DNA of 64,000 nucleotides from Octopus vulgaris (lineage: Eukaryota), in contig OX597828.1 in NCBI GenBank assembly GCA_951406725.2, positions 21,452,001 to 21,516,000 of the forward strand, given 5' to 3'. Position 1 is the first letter of the stretch. Every line of letters begins with the position of its first letter. This document shows positions 56,412 through 64,000 of the stretch, in pieces. The notes under the pieces were generated by a model. It had not been told where the DNA came from, made no database searches, and worked only from the letters and a program-made list of their open reading frames with translations. Both the position numbers and the translations under genes were made by a program.

Positions 56412-56472
56412 TTATCTATCTATCTATATATCTATCTATCTATCTATCTATCATCTGTCTATCTATCTGTCT
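56110..56472. repeat. (TCTA)n/(TCTG)n compound microsatellite with a higher-order duplication
   Basis: The block tctgtttgtctgtctg..tatctgtctctctgtctgtctgtctttcta occurs twice. Confidence 0.9.
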
Positions 56473-56915
56473 ATTATAATTTAGGTATGTACATACATAC
56501 ATGCAAACATAGACACATACATATATATATGTATATACATATATATATATATACATATATTTAAAGATAAATAAATAAATAAATAGGAATATATATATAT
56601 ATATAGAGAGAGTTATATACATATATACATACAGTTATATACATACAAACATATATTTAGACAGACAGATATTTCTTTCTCCCTCTTTCTCTCTCTATAT
56701 ATATGTATACACACATGCACATATTACGCATAAGATATATGATACTTAAAGGCACATGTCTGTGTGTGTGCACGTGTGTGTATGAATGTATGTACATGCA
56801 TACACATAGACATATATTTACATAACAAGAGGTAGAGGTATGGATGAGTAGAATGCTAGACAGACTGGTAGATTTCTCCCCCTCATACAAGTACACATAT
56901 AAGTACGTACATATG

Positions 56916-57020
<105 letters not shown>

Positions 57021-57462
57021 ACATACACACATATATACATGTGTATGTATAAATATATGTATATGTAAATACACGTACACACACAATCGCGCGCGCACAA
57101 GCACACACGCATACAAACACACACACAAAAACGCATCACACACACGAACGAAACACGAATTCGATAGGGAGGTGTAGCAAATACCATACACGATATTTTC
57201 TTGATTTATGGAAATTTCTTTTGTAGACAGTGATGGAAATCTAAAACTTAGTATTAATTCTTACTAACTGTGGATAATAAACGTAGATGGTTTCAAGAAA
57301 TTAGGAATTAACAAGGTTAAAAGAAAAGAAAATGAGCTACAAAAACCAATAAAAATCAGAAAAAATCTGATATTCATTTTGGACACGAGAGAAACTAGTA
57401 GATGCATTTCAGTGGTTTCAATATTGAAGTAGAGTGCTCGTCAGCCAACAGATATAGATCTT

Positions 57463-57691
57463 TTAACTCTTTGGCATTTAAATCGACAATATCTGGTCGA
57501 AATAATCTATTATTACTACGTTTAAACTGGTCGGATCTGGCCTTTCGCATCTCCACTACAATGTTATTCTAGGAATTAACAATTGCACCATTGAAATTTC
57601 GATGCTGCGAGATTAATGCGTGATTAGTTCAAAACAATGTGAATAGATAAGATTTACGTTTGCACGAATAATCTGAATAATAAGGGGTTAA
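57463..57691. mobile_element. piggyBac-type MITE (degenerate)
   Basis: TTAA at both ends with imperfect TIRs: ttaa-ctctttggcattta and ctgaataataagggg-ttaa. Confidence 0.5.
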
Positions 57692-57999
57692 TATTTACAA
57701 AAAGTGTTTTCACATTCTTGATCGTTCAATCAGCTGTGAAGTCGCATGTGTTTGGATAACAAAGATGACCTATAGGTGAAATTTGGTTGACAGGAATGGC
57801 GTGAGTGTCTGTCGAATAGATTCTATTGGTAACCGTACAGTTTAGTTTTCCCATTAAATACCTGAGAATTTCTTTTGAGAACACGTGTCCGTAGAATATT
57901 CAGCCAATTATATGCTCATTCAATGAGAAGGTTGTTCAATTGCTCAAGGAATGGTTGTCTTACGACACTACTCTCTGTCGGTTACGACGACAATTGGAA

Positions 58000-58220
58000 T
58001 TATTGTGCATGTGCCTGAGAACTCTCTTCTTTGAGCATCCAGCTGGGGTGACAGCTCGAATTCATTGGCCACATACCACATGGTGATGGCGGATGAGAAA
58101 GTACCTCACCGAGATGGGGACGGACTGGGACACTGCTCAAAGGGTAACTCTGGACGAAACGAGCAAATACCGGCAAATGTTTGATGCAGTGACACTGCAA
58201 TGGCACATGGCTTCCTCTTC
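58000..58220 (+). mobile_element. RTE-like LINE 3' end fragment
   Basis: PHTTW..KYLTEMGTDWDTAQRVTLD..YRQMFDA resembles the RTE C-terminal PxxTW..DL..GxxWxxA..DRxxWR pattern. Confidence 0.45.
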
Positions 58221-58399
58221 CACCATAACTGATCTGACCAGCAAGAACAGCCCCCCCCACTCTTTCTGCTTCGCTACGTATTAACTAGTGAAGTTAGACA
58301 GGTGATAATGATGTCATTATGAAGTTAATTTTGTACCGTTTTGGTTTTGTTTTAGATAATATTATGATTTGGACCAAAGTTCTTGTGACTTGCTGTTGA

Positions 58400-59556
58400 A
58401 ATGTTCGTCAATCTGAAAAATATAGAAGGGGTTTTTATTGCCGAACTCTGTATCTGGCGACTATCAAAATTTATAACGCTGTTATAAAGTGTATAAATGA
58501 ATTAACAATAAACAGGAATATTGTTAAAGACAGAATTATGAAAATGGATGCTAACACAGAAAATCAAATCGAAGAACACTTAAATACACTGCTTCCCCCC
58601 TCCGCCTCTTTATCTTGATGAGACTATCGATATTACGTCATCAACTTGATTAGCTATTACTGCACGATATTTTCACGGAGATTATATTCATGAGGAGCAG
58701 ATTAAGTTAGAGAATTCGTCTCAAAACACGCCAGGGAAACACATAAGTGATTGTATTGTTAAAGTGTTTTGTGAAATACAGCTTTATCAAAAATAGTTTC
58801 AGTTATGGCCGATCGTGCCTCTAAAAGCAGTTTTCAAAAAGCTGATGGTCATTTCTTTGTTTCTTTTTATTGTATCAAAACACGAGGAACGATATGTGCA
58901 CAAAATAGTGTTTAAAAGATTTCCATGATGAGATTAAAGTTGTGACAAAAATAGTCAATTTGATAGTTGCCAGGGTTTTGCATAAACAAGTGTTTCATTT
59001 ACTTTTAAATGAAGTCGAAAGAGTTTTGTAATGGTTTACTAATGTACAATAATGTAAGCTGGTTGATTCGTGGCCAAATACTTAGACGGTTTGTTGAATG
59101 CTTAAGTGAAATTAGACTACTTTTACGTATGGTTCTCCTAAGACGCTTTTAGCAGTAAACATCTTTTTCACGTTTTTTATTGCATCTGCTTAAACTTCGT
59201 ATTAAATTGTAAGGTTTTGGAAAAAATATATTGAAGTGACGTTTGGCTTGATCAAGAGCTTTGGAGATAAACCGTATATTTCAACGTGATTTAGCAAGTA
59301 AAAGTCTCAAAGACTTCCCAAGAGCGAAGACATGTATTGAAGAAAATATTAAAAAAACACAAAGAACACAAAACATCGTTTATAATAGGCGTAGGAGTGG
59401 TTGTGCTGTAAGTAGCTTGCTTACGAACCACATGGTTCCGGGTTCAATCCCACTGCGTGGCACCTTCGGCAAGTGTCTTCTATTATAGCCTCGGGCCGAC
59501 CAAAGCCTTGTCAGTGGATTTGGTAGGCGGAAACTGAAAGAAACCCGTCGTATATA

Positions 59557-59621
<65 letters not shown>

Positions 59622-60360
59622 ATGTTTGTGTGTCTGTGTTTGTCCTCCCAACATCACTTGACAACCAATGCCGGTGTGTTTACGCCCCTAACTTAGCGGT
59701 TCGGCAAAAGAGAGCGATAGAATAAGTACTAGGCTCGCAAAGAATATGTCCTGGCGTCGATTTGCTCGACTATAAAGGCGGTGCTCCAGCATGGCTACAG
59801 TCGAATGACTGAAACAACTCAAAGATTTGTTCAAGAACCCTGGCTGTGTCGTTCTTTTCTAAATTTGTGCAATTCAGACAGATAGAGAATGCAATCGAAA
59901 AATCTTGGTGAAGTAGATTTTAAACACTTTAAAATTTGTGTTTGAATAGTTATACTTAAGAGGTCTAGAAAATGGATTTAAGAGGTCAGAAACGAAGACA
60001 GTTTAATTCCAGTCCGTCGGTATTTGCAAGCAAAAGCTCATCACAATTAGAAATGGTTTAAAAGAAATTGAATACGAACGTGTGCAAAGGATCTTGAATA
60101 AAATATTAAGATTGCGAATTTCTTGAGAACGTGGTACTAAATTCTAGAAAATTTTAGTGCTTTTAAAATTCTAGCAAGAGCATTCTAAACAATTTCTCAT
60201 CAACAAATTCAGGCGAAACATCATTCTCACCATTAAATGATATAAATAGGAAAAAATTGAAAAATCTCCCGGAGTGGGTGACAATTTGAGTGCTGCCAGC
60301 ATGTCATTAAAACGTAAAATACACACGTAATATATCTCCCATAAAGCAGCTGTCTTTTCT
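58400..60360 (+). mobile_element. Heavily decayed hAT (Charlie-like) transposase, interrupted by a SINE
   Basis: Motifs in the expected order: LYLDETIDITSST.LAI (about 58610), W.IRGQILRRFV (about 59060), FSSTNSGETSFSPLN (about 60195). Confidence 0.65.
59388..59823 (+). mobile_element. SINE family A, full length
   Basis: Homologous to the other family A copies. Confidence 0.88.
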
Positions 60361-60640
60361 ACCACAGCAATAAAAATATCATTAAAGTTAATGCAACATT
60401 TTTAAAGTTTCATTTTATTTTCCTAGTTTTATAAGTATATTTAAAAATTTACCTCAATATAGAATACGTGTAAGTGAAAGGGAATTATTACAAAAAACTG
60501 AAATTAAGATACGCCATGGTGAAAAGGTTTGCCATCACTGTTAAAATGTAATCGGTAGAACGATATCATGCTAAAAACAGTATATACACTGTTTGTGTCA
60601 TGTCACTGAGCGCTGCTATTTTTTTTAAAATTTTGCCTTA

Positions 60641-61206
60641 TTGGGTTGTCCGGAAAGTTCATGCCGATTTTTAAAGGAAATAAAAAGGTCAATAAATATT
60701 TGCCATTACATTTTTAATCAACCAAATATGAACCATTTTGTTGTACAATGCGTCTCCATCTTTCCTTTAACTTGAAAATACCCTCTTCTCAGAATTGAGG
60801 TGGTTGCATGGCAAAGAATTCATCATGGTATCTTTTTACGTCATCCAAGGAATTGAAATTTTTACCATTAAGACTATTCTGCAGAGACCTGAATAAGTGG
60901 AAATCTGAAGGAGCAATATCTGGTGAATATGGAGGGTGGGATAACACATTCCAGCCGCGCTGCAGCAATTTTTCTCTGATTCCCAAAGATTCAAGTGCTG
61001 AAAATGAACTTTCGCATCTTCCATTTTAAATGGTTACATAATTAACACAGGTTATAAGAACATAAACCTTCTTCCACGAAAAGATAGCGTAAACCGTGCT
61101 CTAAATGGAGGTGTAGTCAAATCCTATTTTATGGACTCAACCATGTTCTAAAATAAGTCGAAAGGTAAGCTACTATAAATCGGTACGAACTTTCCGGACA
61201 ACCTAA
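60641..61206 (-). mobile_element. Internally deleted mariner (DD34D) element
   Basis: About 30-bp TIRs ttgggttgtccggaaagttcatgccgattt / aaatcggtacgaactttccggacaacctaa with TA on each side. N-terminal MEDAKVHF is joined to WNVLSHPPYSPDIAPSDFHLFRSLQ. Confidence 0.92.
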
Positions 61207-62931
61207 TAGTGTCAAAGAGGTTTGATATCATTTGATATCATTTGTAAGCCTTGTAAAAGAACCCGGAACGTTGGACCTCCTTCTAAGCCTTTCACGATAC
61301 ATTTGATGTCAGGAAGATTTCCGCAGTCCCTCGAATGTATGTATGTATGTATGCATGTATGTATGTATGTATGTATGTATGTATGTATGCATGTATGTAT
61401 GTATGTATGTATGTATGTATGTATGTACGTATGCATGCACGTATGTATGTATGTATATATGTATGTATGTATGTATGTATGCATGCACGTATGTATGTAT
61501 GTATGTATGTATGTATGTATGTATGTATGTATCAACACACGCATGCACGCACAAACACACATTTGTATATGAAATGTTAATTTAAATTGTGATATCTTTA
61601 CAACTTCAGACATTCAGACATTCATTGAAACCATTCGAACCAAACGAAATGTTTCGTTTTACAATCATTTTATTTACATTTTGATGAATAATATAAAAAG
61701 TTTCAGAACAGTGTATGCATGTCAGAAATCTTAGTCTTGCTAATTGTTACTACATCCATATCTAGTGACCTGAAAAATTTCGATTTTCATGGAATCTATT
61801 TTACTGCGTTGATGATTTGAATAATGTCTACTCTCAATAGTTTTGGTAGTTTAATGCATAACAGTCAAACAATGATACACCGAGACTATGATATAATAGT
61901 AGATGGTATGATTTGGGAATATTGAATAATCTATCATCTGCGAAAATAGATGTTATGAGCTGTCGCTAAAGAAGAGGCTGCGGCTGTGAATAAAGAAATT
62001 ACTATGAGCTGTGAATATAAATGCTTTGAGTTGTAAATACAGAAAGTGATATGAGCTGTGGACTTAGAAGATGTTATGTGCCATGAATTTATAAATCTAT
62101 ATAGATATGTATATATATATATATAGTAATTAAACTTAGCAACCTTACAATTAAACTCCTGTTTCAGATGTTATATGACATTAACTTCAGAGGTAAATAT
62201 GATACCTGGTTTCTGAAATTTATGTGATGAAACATCCAAATATCTGACTAACTGTAGGACCAACGACCATAATAAATGCATACATGCCTTTTATTTAAAA
62301 CGCATAGAGCTCTTTGCTGAACTAGGATCTTCTTAACTGTTTGATCTGGAATATCTACGCAACACAAATATACACATACAAACACACCACTGGATGTGAA
62401 TTAAACGTTTAATATATATTGCTCGAAGTCTAATCTACGATTGATTAGAGAATAAACACACAGAGTAAACTTCATGAATCTATATCGCTTATAAAATATA
62501 TTACTATCTGGAATACATATCTTACGAGAGGCAGTAGAAAAGGCTTATTCCTTGTGTCATTTAAATGATACAAACATAATACGTACGTAATATATTTATT
62601 CTAAACTTAGAATATTCGTATTCTAAACATACTTATTATCTGATATTATCATAGAAGCAGATTATGATAATATTATTGACACCAATAGTTAAAACCAGAA
62701 ATCAGTTACGTATCTACAATTTAAAGCGCCACAGCATTATATATTATACATAATATACACAACACATTCACAATCATACACATACACACATATGTAATAT
62801 ATTTAATGCATGCAGAAACACGCATAAATACACTTATACAATAACCATATGTATATTATATAATTATTATATACATATACATTTCTGTATATGCAAATAC
62901 ATATATCATATAACCCCCCCTCTCTCTTTAT

Positions 62932-62962
<31 letters not shown>

Positions 62963-63054
62963 AATATAAATATATTTATATATATATATATAAATTGACA
63001 GAATGAGATAAAAAATCCATCGCTGGGAATAGTTTTCAGAAAATTTCCAAACAG

Positions 63055-63102
63055 ATCTTACTGCTGTTTCCGGGATATTTTATGTATCCCTTCATCAGAG
63101 AT
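63055..63102 (-). ncRNA. Type I hammerhead ribozyme motif
   Basis: Minus strand: ATCT CTGATGA a GGGATA cataaaa TATCCC g GAAA CAGCAG TA AGAT. Confidence 0.7.
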
Positions 63103-63357
63103 GAAGAGAAAATGTTATTATATAGAAGATGTGCGTGTGTATGCGTGTGTGTGTGTCAGTGCATATATATATATGCATAAATTTATATGCAGATAGAACA
63201 CTAAATACAAACAAAGTTTTATACATCAGAGGATTAGTTCGGCATTTTTCATTTACTGCCGACTAAAACTGCGCTTGTGCGGTGAATTTGAAAACTTAAA
63301 ATATATAATGATAAGACATGTGTTATTTGTCTCTAAATTATATGTTAATGTTATGGC

Positions 63358-63429
63358 GCGGTCACTGATGAGAATTTCGCCGAGCATATTTTATTTGCTA
63401 ACTAAAATTCGAAATCTAGGTATGGCCGT
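63358..63429 (+). ncRNA. Canonical type I hammerhead ribozyme
   Basis: GCGGTCA CTGATGA GAATTT [cgccg AGCA tattttatt TGCT aacta] AAATTC GAAA TCTAGG TA TGGCCGT. All core residues present, G10.1-C11.1 pair, 7-bp stem I with two wobbles. Confidence 0.85.
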
Positions 63430-63574
63430 AAAAAAAATAACAGGGTAAAAGTTTTTATTTTTCATTCCCTTCGAAATTGCTCTTAGATGTGGTTTTGGTC
63501 GTTTTGACTACTTCTTCTAGCGAGTAAAACTACCTGTTAAAGATAGATAGTTTCCCTTGTGCTTAAATGTACAC

Positions 63575-63644
<70 letters not shown>

Positions 63645-63661
63645 GTATATAAGTATATATG

Positions 63662-63705
<44 letters not shown>

Positions 63706-64000
63706 TAAATTAATGCGCCGATGGAAGCTAAACACATACACACATTTATACATACACATGTGTGTACTTGTATACCTATACACACATATACATATATTTG
63801 TATATATACATGAATATATATATGTATATATATATGTATATATATGTATGTGTATATATATATATGTGTGTGTGCATTTACACACACATGCATACGCATG
63901 CATAAACGTATGAGCTGATGGAACCTAAGTGCATTTATACATACACGTTTGTATGTGTGTGTGTGTGTGTGTGCATATGTATGTACATGTGTGTATATAT

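Noticed and set aside
57398-57448. Minus-strand CTGACGA..GAAA TGCA TC hammerhead-like string
   Set aside because: The palindromic stem III and AUC fit, but the base of stem II and stem I do not pair.
60789-61024. Functional mariner transposase or SETMAR-like gene
   Set aside because: A large internal deletion removes the DNA-binding domain and the first two catalytic aspartates; frameshift and stop present.

Overview
Eukaryotic, AT-rich, very microsatellite-dense intergenic or intronic DNA. The repeat families resemble those of a coleoid cephalopod (Octopus-like); this is an inference, not a database result. I find no intact protein-coding gene: almost all listed ORFs are read-through of (TA)n, (CA)n, (AAT)n or (GAT)n tracts. 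The window holds four tRNA-derived SINE families, decayed LINE fragments (R4/Dong-type RLE, CR1-like, RTE, probable Penelope GIY-YIG), and decayed DNA transposons (mariner DD34D, maT/DD37D-like, hAT, a piggyBac-type MITE). The main hidden signal is about a dozen type I hammerhead-ribozyme (HHR) motifs from several unrelated non-coding families. They sit in tandem or fold-back modules, mostly next to (TA)n. Examples: a 481-bp tandem plus inverted retrozyme-like unit (44285-45430), a canonical HHR (63358-63429), and a tRNA-headed HHR-bearing element with a Penelope-style inverted end (745-1368 and 31581-33088). All folds were read by eye and none has been tested for activity.
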